DNA of 64,000 nt from Nitrospirota bacterium (lineage in GTDB: Bacteria; Nitrospirota; Nitrospiria; Nitrospirales; Nitrospiraceae): NCBI GenBank assembly GCA_963703955.1, contig CAVPGK010000011.1:251017-315016 (forward strand), given 5' to 3'. The notes under the pieces are model-generated. The model was not told where the DNA came from, searched no databases, and saw only the letters and a list, made by a program, of their open reading frames with translations. Made by a program: the position numbers and the translations under genes. Positions 52,712-63,011 of the stretch are shown here, piece by piece. How positions within the stretch are numbered: the first letter of the stretch is position 1; each line of letters starts with the position of its first letter.

Positions 52712-53887
52712 TTATCCGGACAGGAGCGCGTCGAGAAAACTGTCTCCGTTCGAAAGCATGGTGCCTCCTAATGCGTCCGTGATGGTCTGGCCGAGATCGG
52801 AGAAGGTCCGACGGATTCCCAGATTCACCCCGCGAGCAAGGCGGGGACCGTGGATGAGCAAGGGCACGTATTCACGAGAATGATCCATGCCTGGTGTGGT
52901 CGGATCGTTGCCATGGTCGGCCGTCAGGATGAGGGCATCACCCGGCCGCAAAGCGGTCAACAGGTGTGGAAGTCGACGGTCAAAAGCCTGCAAGGCCTTC
53001 GCATATCCCGGCGCATCGTTTTGATGGCCATACAGAGTGTCGAGGTCGACCAAATTGACAAAGACCAACCCCCGCGCGACATGCTTCAGCACCTTCATGG
53101 TTTCGTCCACCGCAGCAGAATCGCTTGTCGTGTGAATGGAACGCGTCAGCCCACGACCGGCGAACAGATCCTCAATCTTACCGATCCCGACGACTGGGTG
53201 GCCGGCCCGCCAGAGGACATCAAGCATCGTGCGTTCCGGTGGCTCAACCGAGAAATCACGACGGGCGGGCGTCCGAACGAAGGCGCCCGGGGTTCCTCGA
53301 AACGGACGGGCGATGACCCGGCTCACCTGATGGGGCGGACGCAGTAATTTCCGTGCGACGCGGCACAGGCCGTACAGCTCTTCGACCGGAATCACCTCCT
53401 CATGCGCCGCTAATTGAAACACGCTGTCCGCGCTGGTATAGACGATCAGCGCACCGGTCCGCATGTGTTGCGCGCCCAGTTCTTCAATAATGTGGGTTCC
53501 GGACGCGCGCCGATTGCCGATAATCTTCCGGCCGATCGCCTCTTGAAACGGGTCGATCACCTCAGGGGGAAAGCCATCCGGATAAGTCGGAAAGGGGCTC
53601 GCCAGGAGCAGCCCAGCAATTTCCCAATGCCCGGTCGTCGAATCCTTTCCTGTCGACAACTGGGCCATCTTCCCGAAGCAGCCGTCCGGATTTCCGACGC
53701 GACGTATCCCGGTAAACGTTCCGACGTGTCCCAACCCAAGCGCTTCCATTGACGGCAGCGCCAGACCCCCGACTGCAGCCGCGACATGAGACAGGGTATT
53801 GGCGCCGATGTCGCCGTAAGCAGCGGCATCCGGCAATTCCCCGACGCCGAGGCCATCAAGAACGATGAGGATAACTCGATTAATCAC
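52712..53887 (-). CDS. deoB: Phosphopentomutase
   Basis: [48 protein letters not shown]. Confidence 0.95.
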   Translation of the reverse strand: MINRVILIVLDGLGVGELPDAAAYGDIGANTLSHVAAAVGGLALPSMEALGLGHVGTFTGIRRVGNPDGCFGKMAQLSTGKDSTTGHWEIAGLLLASPFPTYPDGFPPEVIDPFQEAIGRKIIGNRRASGTHIIEELGAQHMRTGALIVYTSADSVFQLAAHEEVIPVEELYGLCRVARKLLRPPHQVSRVIARPFRGTPGAFVRTPARRDFSVEPPERTMLDVLWRAGHPVVGIGKIEDLFAGRGLTRSIHTTSDSAAVDETMKVLKHVARGLVFVNLVDLDTLYGHQNDAPGYAKALQAFDRRLPHLLTALRPGDALILTADHGNDPTTPGMDHSREYVPLLIHGPRLARGVNLGIRRTFSDLGQTITDALGGTMLSNGDSFLDALLSG

Positions 53888-53999
53888 GGCGTCACTATAG
53901 CAGAAGGCCTCTCCGCCATCTAGAGACGGAAGAGACGCTCGCTAGTCGGCCGCCCATGTGAGGTATCTGAAGAGAAAGCCGAGATCTGGAGCAGGAGGC

Positions 54000-54520
54000 T
54001 CAGGCAGCTCTTAAGAATCTCTTTCGGATCAGCCAGGCCAGCCCCGTGCAGAGCAGGATCGCTGAGGAAGGTTCCGGATTTTGAATCAGGACTCCGTTCG
54101 AAGCAAAGACACTAACCGAGCCACCGCTCGTTAACACGAACGGCGCGGGCGCCGTGCCTGTCGAGATCAGCGGCGCGGCCGCACCGGTGAAGGGAAAGGG
54201 ATTGAAGACGCTCGTATTGCTGGAGACCAACGGTGCGGCTGCTCCCGCCGTTGGAAATGGATTGAAGATGCTGCCGGTCCCCGTCGTGAGAGTCGGCGTG
54301 GGCGTGCTGGCCGCAGCGGCGGCGCCACCGGCTCCACTACTGCCGGCCGACACGAAGGGCGCGGGCGCGCTCCCTGAGTTCACGGTGCTCGTCGAGGTGA
54401 GCAATGAGTTCACGGTGCTCATCGAGATGAGCGATAGGGCGAGCGCCTTAAATCCGTTTCCGTTCACCGTTATCACCAGGGTGTCCGGACTGACCGCAAT
54501 CGTGGCTGCGCGAGCCTGAG
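54000..54520 (-). pseudogene. PEP-CTERM protein lacking its N-terminus (cut at the junction)
   Basis: C-terminal NPEPSSAILLCTGLAWLIRKR; S/T/A/G-rich internal repeats; begins at …PQARA/ATI with no hydrophobic signal core. Confidence 0.75.
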
Positions 54521-54527
54521 GCTCTGT

Positions 54528-54665
54528 CTCATCATCGCCCTCCGCAAGGATCTGCGAGCCGCCAAGCAGTGGCAGATCGCGGACGACGTGCGCAACAGTC
54601 TGGCCGCGGCCGGGATCGAGCTGCGCGACACCCCTGCCGGCACCGTCTGGGAGCTGCGCACGTAA
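54528..54665 (+). pseudogene. cysS: 3' fragment of cysteine--tRNA ligase
   Basis: LIIALRKDLRAAKQWQIADDVRNSLAAAGIELRDTPAGTVWELRT* matches the CysS C-terminal anticodon-binding motif; the rest of the gene is absent. Confidence 0.8.
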
Positions 54666-54706
54666 AGAGCTACGATCCACGTCACCAGACCCGGGAGGAG
54701 GACCCC

Positions 54707-56405
54707 ATGCCCTACGACCTGCTGATCAAGAACGGCCGCATCATCGACGGCTCGGGCCGGCCCGCCTTCCACGGCGACGTCGGGGTGGCCCAGGGAAAGA
54801 TCGTGGAGCTCGGGCGCCTCGACGGACCCGCGCGGCGGGTCATCGAGGCCGACGGGCGGGTCGTCTCGCCGGGGTTCGTGGACAACCACTGTCACTACGA
54901 CGCGCAGGTCCTCTGGGATCCGCTCTGCACCTTTTCGTGCCACCACGGCGCCACCAGCGTCATCATCGGCAACTGCTCGCTGGCCCTCGCGCCCGTGAAG
55001 GCCGCCGAGCGCGAGAAGCTGGCCGGGATGCTCTCCTACGTCGAAGCGATTCCCATGGACGTGCTGGACGCGGGCGTGCCGTGGACGTGGGAGACGTTCC
55101 CCGAGTACATGAGCGCCGTCGGCCAGCGGCTCGGCGTGAACGTCGGCACGCTCGTCGGCCACTCCGCCGTCAGGCTCTACGCGATGGGCAAGGACTGCTC
55201 GGAGCGTCCGGCCACGGACGCCGAGCTCGAGACGATGCGGCGCGTGGTGCGAGAGGCGCTCGAAGCGGGCGCCCTCGGGCTCTCGATCACCCGCAACATG
55301 AACCACTTCGACATCGCGGGGACGCGGATTCCCGCGGCCGTGCGCGCCGGAGTCGGAGCTGTTCGCGCTGACCGACGTGCTCCGCGAGGTCGGCACGGGC
55401 GTGATCCAGTGCGGCGGCGGGACCAACCCCGAGCTGAAAGACCGCCTGCTGAGCCGGATCTCCCAGGCCTGCGGCCGTCCGGTGATGTACAACACCCTCG
55501 TCGAGCAGGCGCGTCACCCCGGGCGGTGGCGCCAGCACCTGTCGCACGTCGAGCAGACGGCCCGCCAGGGCATCCGGGCGGTGCCGCTCTGCAATCCCGG
55601 GAGCGTCGTGCAGCGGTTCACGATGAAGAACTGCCAGGTGTTCCGGAGCATGCCCACCTGGCTGCCGATCCTCCAGGGCTCCGATGCCGAGAAGATGCGC
55701 GCCTATCGCGATCCGGAGGTCCGCGCGAAGCTCCGGGTCGAGGTCGACGGCCCCCAGGCTCCGGACCCGAGCTTCTCCAGGCGCTGGGACCTGATGATCG
55801 TGGAGGAGCCGCAGCTTCCGAAGAATCGCGGCCTCGAAGGTCAGAGCGTGGCGGAGATCGCGAAGGCCCGGGGACAGCATCCGCTCGATGCGTTCCTCGA
55901 CCTGGTCGTCGAGGAGGACCTGAACACGGTGTTCACGCTCGGGGAGAACAACACCGACACCGAGGCGGTCGCGCAGATCCTCGGAAGCCCCTACGCCGTC
56001 GTCGGCCTCTCCGACGGAGGCGCGCACGTGCAGTTCCACTCGAACGTGTCGAACTCCACCCGCTTGCTCGGCCACTGGGTGAGGAACAAGGAGATCATGC
56101 CGCTCGAGCTGGCGGTGCGCCGGCTGACCTTCGACTCGGCGACCGCCTTCGGCATCTACGATCGCGGGCTCGTGCAGCCGGGGATGGCGGCGGACCTCGT
56201 CATCTTCGATCCCGATACCGTGCAACCGGTCACGGAAGACGTGGTGCACGACTTCCCGAACAACGGCTGGCGGATGCGGGAGCTGGCCGAGGGCATCCAC
56301 TACACCGTGGTGAACGGCGAGGTGCTCCTCGAGAAGGGGACGCACACGGGAAGCTACCCGGGCCGCGTGCTGCACAACGCCCGGTATCAGAACGGTCGAG
56401 GCTGA
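54707..56405 (+). CDS. N-acyl-D-amino-acid deacylase / amidohydrolase family (+1 indel at ~55340)
   Basis: YDLLIKNGRIIDGSG, PGFVDNHCHYD, SDGGAH, DRGLVQPGMAADLVIFDP. Confidence 0.9.
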
Positions 56406-56498
56406 TCGCCGACCGCATCACGCGAAGGCCGTACGCCGCAATCCCGACGGCCGTCGAGCGGAGCTCGGCGGCCGTCGGCGCATCACCAGGAGGAACAG

Positions 56499-57251
56499 AT
56501 GGATCTCGAGCTTCGTGGCCGTACGGCCGTAGTGACCGGATGCAGCGTCGGCATCGGGCGGGAGATTGCTCGCATCCTTGCTGCGGAGGGCGCGGCGACT
56601 CTGGTCACCGCGCGACGGGGGGACCTCTTGAAGACGCTGCAGGACGAGATCGAGGCGGCAGGATGCGTGCGCCCACACGCGCTGGCCATCGATCTCGCCG
56701 ACCGCGCGGCGCCCGCGCGCGTCCGTGACGAGGCCCTCGCGCGGCTCGGACGCGTGGACATCCTCGTGAACAACGCCGGCGGCTCGCGGCCCACCGCGGT
56801 CGACGCCCCCGACGACGTGTGGGACGAGTCGTTCGCCATCAACTTCAGCGCGGTCCGCAGGCTCACCCAGGGGCTCCTGCCCAGCATGATCGAGCGCCGC
56901 TGGGGCCGGATCATCAACGTGACCGGATCGTCGGAGCCCGCGGGCACCAACGCGGCGGGGCCGGCCAAGGCCGCCGTGCACGCCTGGTCGAAGGGGCTGT
57001 CACGCGACGTGGGCCGCCACGGCATCACGGTGAACTGCCTCGCGCCGGGGCGGATCCACAGCGAGCAGATCGATCAGCGCCTGCATCCCACGCCCGAGAG
57101 CCGGGAGCAGTTCGCCCGCCAGATCCCGCTGGGCTACTTCGGCGATCCCTCGGACATGGCCTATCTGGTGGCGTTTCTGTGCTCGCCGAAAGCGCGCTAC
57201 ATCACCGGCGAGCGCATCCACGTCGACGGCGGCCTCCGCCGCGCCTACTGA
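56499..57251 (+). CDS. SDR family oxidoreductase
   Basis: TGCSVGIG, DILVNNAG, GITVNCLAPG, YITGE.IHVDGG. Confidence 0.92.
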   Translation: MDLELRGRTAVVTGCSVGIGREIARILAAEGAATLVTARRGDLLKTLQDEIEAAGCVRPHALAIDLADRAAPARVRDEALARLGRVDILVNNAGGSRPTAVDAPDDVWDESFAINFSAVRRLTQGLLPSMIERRWGRIINVTGSSEPAGTNAAGPAKAAVHAWSKGLSRDVGRHGITVNCLAPGRIHSEQIDQRLHPTPESREQFARQIPLGYFGDPSDMAYLVAFLCSPKARYITGERIHVDGGLRRAY

Positions 57252-57280
57252 ACCTCCTGAGCTCGGAGGGACATACGCGC

Positions 57281-58315
57281 ATGGTTCTCGAGATTGGCAA
57301 GATTCACACGGTTGTCGGGACTGGGAAGGAAGGCTACGCCGGCGACGGTGGCCCGGCGACGCAGGCGCTCATTGGCGAAGCCTACGGGTGTGACTTCGAC
57401 AGCAAGGGCAACCTCTATATCTGCGACGGACGCAACCACACCGTCCGTCGCATCGACAAGGAGTCCGGCATCATCACGACCGTCGCGGGCAGCGGACGTC
57501 AGGGCTACTCCGGAGATGGCGGCCCGGCAACCGAGGCGACCCTGAATAACCTGTACTCGCTCCAGGTCGATCGCAACGGCGATATCTACATCGTCGACCG
57601 GCTGAACGCCGCCATCCGCAAAGTCGACGCGGCCACTGGCATCATCACCACGGTGGCGGGGACCGGCACACCTGGCTACGGTGGCGACGGCGGCCCTGGA
57701 GTGTTGGCCCAGTTGCGGGAGCCGAACGATTGCTTCCTGGATGGCAAGGGCGGCCTGCTCATCGCGGATATTCAGGACCAGCGGGTACGCCGTCTGGACC
57801 TGAAGACCGGCATCATCACGACCTTCGCCGGTAACGGGGAGAAGCAACGGACCGGGGATGGGAAACCCGCCACGCAAGCCTCCATCATGGGTGCCCGGGC
57901 GGTCTGCATGGACAGCAAGGGGAACACCTACATCTGCGAGCGCGAGGGCAACGGCGTCCGGAAAGTGGACACCAACGGGATCATGTCCACCTTCGCCGGC
58001 ACCGGCGAGCGCGGGTACGGCGGTGACGGCGGCCCCGCCCTCGCCGCCACCTGGGGTGCGCCCAAGGCCATTCGGTGCGACCGTCAGGACAACGTCATCG
58101 TCGTGGATACGGAGAACCATGCGATCCGCCGCATCGATGCCGTGACCGGCATTGCGACCACGATCGCCGGTGGGCACCGGGGAGGCGATGGCGACGGCGG
58201 ACCTGCCACGCACGCCGGCCTGGAGCGTCCGCACGGCTGCGGGATAGACCCACAGGGGCATCTGTATATCGCCGACGGGATGAATCACCGGGTGCGGGTT
58301 GTGGGTCTACGGTAA
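57281..58315 (+). CDS. NHL-repeat beta-propeller protein
   Basis: Six repeats of TxAG.G..G..GDGGPA..A…D..GN.YI.D; RBS GGAGG. Confidence 0.9.
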   Translation: MVLEIGKIHTVVGTGKEGYAGDGGPATQALIGEAYGCDFDSKGNLYICDGRNHTVRRIDKESGIITTVAGSGRQGYSGDGGPATEATLNNLYSLQVDRNGDIYIVDRLNAAIRKVDAATGIITTVAGTGTPGYGGDGGPGVLAQLREPNDCFLDGKGGLLIADIQDQRVRRLDLKTGIITTFAGNGEKQRTGDGKPATQASIMGARAVCMDSKGNTYICEREGNGVRKVDTNGIMSTFAGTGERGYGGDGGPALAATWGAPKAIRCDRQDNVIVVDTENHAIRRIDAVTGIATTIAGGHRGGDGDGGPATHAGLERPHGCGIDPQGHLYIADGMNHRVRVVGLR

Positions 58316-58324
58316 AGAGGTCCC

Positions 58325-59932
58325 TCACTTGTCCAGCCAGACCTTCTTGTAGAGGACTTTCCACTCGGCGTTGTAGACGTAGTCCTTCATCCACGGTTGC
58401 GCGACCTCGTAGAACGGGGAGCCGGAGACCGTGTTCCAGTAGAGCTTGTCGGCCATGAACTCCTGAAACTCCTTGGCGATGGCCTTGCGCTTCGCCGGGT
58501 CCAACTCTCGCGCGTAGCGGACGTAGTAGTCGTCCACCTTGGTGTCGGTGTGCCGCGTGGTGTTCCACCCCGCGGCGGTGTGCGACAGGAGCGTGTTCTG
58601 GTCCAGGGTGAACAGCGACGCGAGGTCCTCGACGTACATGTCGAACGGCCCATCCAGCGTGGCCACGTTCATCCAGCTCACCTTGTCGACCAGCTTGATG
58701 TTCACCGTCACGCCGATCCGGGCGACCTGTTCCTTGATGACGGTGGCAATCACGCTGAACACGCTCTTCTCGGTGTTCGTCATCAGCTCGAACGTCAGCG
58801 GCTTCTGGGGACCGTACCCGGCCTCGGCGAGCAGCGCCTTGGCTTTCGCCGGATCGTACGGGCACAGGTGGGTGACGTCCGCGGTGTCCGGAGTCCCCGG
58901 CGGGATGATGCCGACCCACGGGGTCGCCTGGCCCTTGAAGGCGATCTTCACGATCTCCTTGCGGTCGATGCCGTAGCAGCCGATCGCCTTGCGGACCCTG
59001 ATGTCGCTGAAGATCGGATGCGGCGCGCGGTCCTTCGACATCGGCTTCGCGTCCTTCGGGACCGTGACCTTCATCATCGCCACCATCGGGGTCGTCTCTT
59101 TGCCGGTCATGATCCGGGCGCGGGGACTCTGCGCCTTGAGCGTCTCGACGTGCTCCGGCGAGAAGTCGACGATGAAGTCGATCTCTCCGGCCTTGAAGGC
59201 GGCCATCTGCGTGACGGGGTCCTTGATCACGCGGATCACGACGCGATCGAGATAGGGGAACCCCTGATCCCAGTACTTGTCGAAGCGGTCCATCACCAGG
59301 TGGCTGCCCTTCACCCACTCGACGAGCCGGAAGGGCCCGCATCCCACCACGGCTTCCGGCTTTCCGCTCCTTCGCTCCTCGAGCGTGTACTTCTGCGTGG
59401 CGGTCGGCGAGTAGAACACGAGTCCCATGCGGTACGCGGCCAGCATGTGCAGCATGAACCCGTACGGCTCCTTGAGCCGGATCTGCACCGTGGACGGATC
59501 GAGCACCTCGACCGAGTGCACGACCGGTTCGTAGTAGACCCGCATGCTGGACCGGGTCGCCGGATCCATGAGGCGATCGATGCTGAACTTGACGGCAGCC
59601 GCGTCGACCGTGGTGCCGTCGTGGAACAGGACGTTCTTCCTGAGCTTGAAGGTGTAGAGGAGCGCGTCGGGCGAGATCTGCCACGATTCGGCGGCGTCCG
59701 GGACGAACTTGCCGTCGGGCGTGATGCCGAGAAGCCCGCAGCCGATGTTCATGGCGACCCAGTTCAGCTCGTAGCCGGGCGCGGTGTGGAAATCGAGGTT
59801 CGAGATCTCGTTGCCGTACGAGACGCGCAGCGTGCCGCCGCGCTTCTGGGCGTCTGCCGTCGTGACGTCGGAGAGGATGAGGGCGAGGGCCAGGGCGGCC
59901 GCCGTTCCGAGCACGAGAGGACTCGAGCGCAT
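58325..59932 (-). CDS. ABC transporter substrate-binding protein (family 5, peptide/nickel type)
   Basis: GGTLR, PDAAESW, FKLRKNVLFHDGT, GCGPF.L.EW, YDPAKAKALLAEAGY. Confidence 0.92.
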   Translation of the reverse strand: MRSSPLVLGTAAALALALILSDVTTADAQKRGGTLRVSYGNEISNLDFHTAPGYELNWVAMNIGCGLLGITPDGKFVPDAAESWQISPDALLYTFKLRKNVLFHDGTTVDAAAVKFSIDRLMDPATRSSMRVYYEPVVHSVEVLDPSTVQIRLKEPYGFMLHMLAAYRMGLVFYSPTATQKYTLEERRSGKPEAVVGCGPFRLVEWVKGSHLVMDRFDKYWDQGFPYLDRVVIRVIKDPVTQMAAFKAGEIDFIVDFSPEHVETLKAQSPRARIMTGKETTPMVAMMKVTVPKDAKPMSKDRAPHPIFSDIRVRKAIGCYGIDRKEIVKIAFKGQATPWVGIIPPGTPDTADVTHLCPYDPAKAKALLAEAGYGPQKPLTFELMTNTEKSVFSVIATVIKEQVARIGVTVNIKLVDKVSWMNVATLDGPFDMYVEDLASLFTLDQNTLLSHTAAGWNTTRHTDTKVDDYYVRYARELDPAKRKAIAKEFQEFMADKLYWNTVSGSPFYEVAQPWMKDYVYNAEWKVLYKKVWLDK

Positions 59933-60010
59933 GGCGTGACTCCTTCCCGAGAGTCGAGCTCTATGTCTCTTACGCTCCGTCGCTCAGCATCCGAACCGTC
60001 TCACCCCCTT

Positions 60011-61498
60011 TCAGATTGCGCCCCGGCTCCGCGCGGCCGACGCGCCGGCGAGGCGGCCGAACACGGCGCCCGAGACGAGCCCGGCGCCGCTCGGGTAGTT
60101 GAAGTAGAAGATCCCGCCGACCATCTCGCCGGCGGCGTAGAGCCCCGCGATCTTCGCGGCATCGTGATCGAGCACCTGGCCGTCCGCGTCGATGCGAAGA
60201 CCGCCGAAGGTGAAGGTGATCCCGCACGTCGTCGCGTACGCCTCGAAGGGCGGCTGGTCGATCGCGTTGGCCCAGTTCGACTTCGCGGGCTCGAGGCCGA
60301 CGGTGCCGCGGCCGTCCCTCGTGTACGGGTCGAAGGGCACGTCGCCGCGCACGGCCGCGTTGAAGGCACGCACGGTCCGAAGGAAGCCCTCGGGATTCAC
60401 GTCTTCGAGCTTCGCGGCGAGCTCCTCGAGGGTCTGCGCCCGCACTTTGGTGACACGGCGGATGCCGTACTCGGGGCGCAGCAGGTGGAGCACCTTCGCA
60501 TCGAAGACCTGCCAGGCGAACTGCCCGGGCTGCTCGAGGACCGCGCGGCCGTACTTCGCGTAGGTGAAGCTGTGGAAATCGGCGCCCTCGTCGACGAAGC
60601 GCCGGCCGTCGGCGTTGACGAGGATGCCGAGCGGATAGCTGTGCTTCTCGAACTGGTCGCCGATGGCGAGCTCGCCGAACTCGGGCGCGTTCCGGTCCCA
60701 GCCGCAGGCGTGGCAGCCCGACCAGTTGCCGAAGGGGTTGGCGCCGATCTCGAGGGCCATGCGCAGGCCGTCGCCGGTGTTGAAGCGCGTGCCGCGCACC
60801 TTGGCCAGCTCCCAGCCCGGACCGAGATAGCGCGTCCGCCACTCGGCGTTGGCCTCGAAGCCGCCGCAGGCGAGCACGACCGCCCGCGCGGTCAGATCAC
60901 GAACCTTTCCACCGCTGCGTACCCGCACGCCGTTCACGCGCACACCGTCCCACAGGAGCGACAGGGCCCGAGTCTCGTAGAGGATCTCGACCTCGCGCCG
61001 ACGGGCCGCCGCCGTCAGTGACTGGACGAGCCCGGCGCCGCCGCCGGAGGCTTCGATGGGAAGGCCGCCGAAGAATTTCCATCGTCCACCGACCTTGCCG
61101 GCCTGCCGTCCGTAGATCGGAACGAATCGCGCCCCCTGGCCACGGAGCCAGATCATGGTGTCGAGGCTCCGCGTGACGAGCAGCTCGACGAGGGTGGGAT
61201 CGGTGCGGTACTGGGTCAGGCGGAAGAGGTCGTCGAAGTACTGGGCGCGCGTGTAGGTGCCGAAGTCGGCGCCGGCGATTTCCTCTTCGGTGAGATCGGC
61301 GACTTTCCGGAGATCGTCGACGCCGTCGAAGGCGAAGCGCATGACGCCGCCGGCGAACCGGCTGTTGCCCCCCGCCTCCGCTTCCGGGGCGCACTCGAGC
61401 ACGACCACGCTGGCGCCATGCTCGCGCGCGGACAGGGCGGCACAGAGCGCCGCATTGCCGGCGCCCACCACGATGACGTCGTGCTCCGGGCTCTCCAT
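60011..61498 (-). CDS. tcuA: FAD-dependent tricarballylate dehydrogenase TcuA family
   Basis: VGAGNAALCAA, GGNSRF, LACGGFEAN, VRGTRFNTGDG, TFTFGGL, NYPSGAGL. Confidence 0.85.
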   Translation of the reverse strand: MESPEHDVIVVGAGNAALCAALSAREHGASVVVLECAPEAEAGGNSRFAGGVMRFAFDGVDDLRKVADLTEEEIAGADFGTYTRAQYFDDLFRLTQYRTDPTLVELLVTRSLDTMIWLRGQGARFVPIYGRQAGKVGGRWKFFGGLPIEASGGGAGLVQSLTAAARRREVEILYETRALSLLWDGVRVNGVRVRSGGKVRDLTARAVVLACGGFEANAEWRTRYLGPGWELAKVRGTRFNTGDGLRMALEIGANPFGNWSGCHACGWDRNAPEFGELAIGDQFEKHSYPLGILVNADGRRFVDEGADFHSFTYAKYGRAVLEQPGQFAWQVFDAKVLHLLRPEYGIRRVTKVRAQTLEELAAKLEDVNPEGFLRTVRAFNAAVRGDVPFDPYTRDGRGTVGLEPAKSNWANAIDQPPFEAYATTCGITFTFGGLRIDADGQVLDHDAAKIAGLYAAGEMVGGIFYFNYPSGAGLVSGAVFGRLAGASAARSRGAI

Positions 61499-61561
61499 CG
61501 CGCTTGAGGGCGGAGTCTAGCAGCACTCCGGTATACTCGCTCGATCACGCGGAGAGGACCC

Positions 61562-62272
61562 ATGACCCGACATTTCGGCGTGCTGATTCCTTCCACGAAC
61601 ACGACGGTCGAGATCGAGTGCCGGCTCTTGCCCGCGACCTACCAGGCGCACGTGGGGCGGCTCAAGTCGAGTGGCGGGAGCTTCTCGCCGAGCCGCGATG
61701 AAGACGTCGACTATCAATCGCGCCTGCTGGGCACGGCCAAGGTCGAGATGGTGATCCTGGCCCAGACGTCGGCCAGTCTCTTTGCCGACGACTACGACGA
61801 CGTCGTCACGAAGCGGATGAGCGCCGGGGCCGGCGTCCCCGCGATCACGTCGGCGCAGGCGGTGGGCCGCGCCGTTCGGGCCCTCGGCGCGCGCCGCATC
61901 GCCATCGTGTCGCCCTATTCGGAGGCGGTCAACAAACGTGCCGCCCACTATTTCGAAACGACGCATGGGCTCGACACGGTCGCGCTCGAAGGATTCGGCG
62001 CGACCGACGCGTACGCGATCGGGCAGCTCGGCCCGCAGAACGCGCGCGACGCGTTCGCCCGGATCGATCGGCCGGAGATCGAGGTCTTCGTGGTCCCCGG
62101 CGGCAATTTTCCGACGATGTCGTCGGTCGACGCCTGGGAGCGGGAATTCAAGAAGCCCGTGGTGACCACGAATCAGGCGTCGTTCTGGGCGATGCTGCGC
62201 GCGTTCAGCAGCGCCGACCGCCTGCCGGCCTTCGGCCGCCTGCTCGCCGAAGTGCCGGCCGACGCGCCGTGA
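61562..62272 (+). CDS. Asp/Glu racemase / maleate isomerase / AMDase family protein
   Basis: GVLIPSTNTTVE.E, LGARRIAIVSPY, KPVVTTNQASFW. Confidence 0.85.
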   Translation: MTRHFGVLIPSTNTTVEIECRLLPATYQAHVGRLKSSGGSFSPSRDEDVDYQSRLLGTAKVEMVILAQTSASLFADDYDDVVTKRMSAGAGVPAITSAQAVGRAVRALGARRIAIVSPYSEAVNKRAAHYFETTHGLDTVALEGFGATDAYAIGQLGPQNARDAFARIDRPEIEVFVVPGGNFPTMSSVDAWEREFKKPVVTTNQASFWAMLRAFSSADRLPAFGRLLAEVPADAP

Positions 62273-62326
62273 ACTCGGGGACGATGGGCACTCGAGCGCG
62301 ACGGCGGCTCCGCCGTCGGCGCGCTC

Positions 62327-62363
62327 GTGGGGGGCTTGGGGGGCGCCCGGAGCCCCCCATGTC
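62327..62363. repeat. G-run/C-run palindromic element
   Basis: gtggggggcttggggggcgcccggagccccccatgtc hairpin. Confidence 0.45.
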
Positions 62364-62814
62364 AAAACGAGTCATCTTTCTCGACATCGACGGCGTGGTG
62401 GCGCCGATCCGCCGCTGGGATCGGTACGGGGATCTGGACCCCGCGTGCATTCAGGTCCTGAACGAAATCGTGGCGTCGGGCGGAGCCGATGTCGTCGTTT
62501 CGTCTACCTGGCGGCACGGCAAGACGGTCGCCGAGCTGCAGGAGATGCTGGAGGTCGAGGGTTTCGCCGGCTGCGTTCTGGATAAGACCCCGAGCGACAT
62601 CCCTGGCGCCAGCCGGGGAGAGGAGATTGCCGCCTGGCTCGCAGAACATGCCGTCAGCGGCTACGTGATCATCGACGATCACGCGGACATGGGCGACCTA
62701 CGCTCCCATCTCGTTCAGACGCATCCGGCCCATGGGCTCCAACCAGCTGACCTGCCGCGAGCCCTCGCGATGCTCATGAGACCCGGTCCTCGAACGACGC
62801 GCGGCGATCGCTGA
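62359..62814 (+). CDS. HAD-domain protein (Swiss Army Knife RNA-repair-like HAD)
   Basis: IFLDIDGV, VVVSSTWR, RGEEIAAWL, YVIIDD. Confidence 0.85.
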   Translation: MSKRVIFLDIDGVVAPIRRWDRYGDLDPACIQVLNEIVASGGADVVVSSTWRHGKTVAELQEMLEVEGFAGCVLDKTPSDIPGASRGEEIAAWLAEHAVSGYVIIDDHADMGDLRSHLVQTHPAHGLQPADLPRALAMLMRPGPRTTRGDR

Positions 62815-63011
62815 ACGGGCAGCGCGTCGGCGACATAGAGGCCTTTTTCAGCCCCGGCCGAGGGCACTCTCTCCCAAGACTTTTCCCCTACGCTCACTCA
62901 GGCTCCCGCGAGACCTTCGAGATCGAAGACACATGAAGAGCCGCCGAGCCCCGTTGGGCGCGGCGGCCCTTCGTACCGCAGGAGTCTCTGACGCTTACTC
63001 TGCCCTACGAG

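Noticed and set aside
54000..54680. 226-aa ORF as a single intact gene
   Set aside because: Its N-terminal part is the antisense strand of the cysS fragment across the junction.
58397..61021. Long antisense/alternate-frame ORFs (e.g. 874 aa here, 58095-59684, 32837-33994)
   Set aside because: Shadow ORFs of real genes in GC-rich DNA; Arg/Gly-biased with no recognisable motifs.
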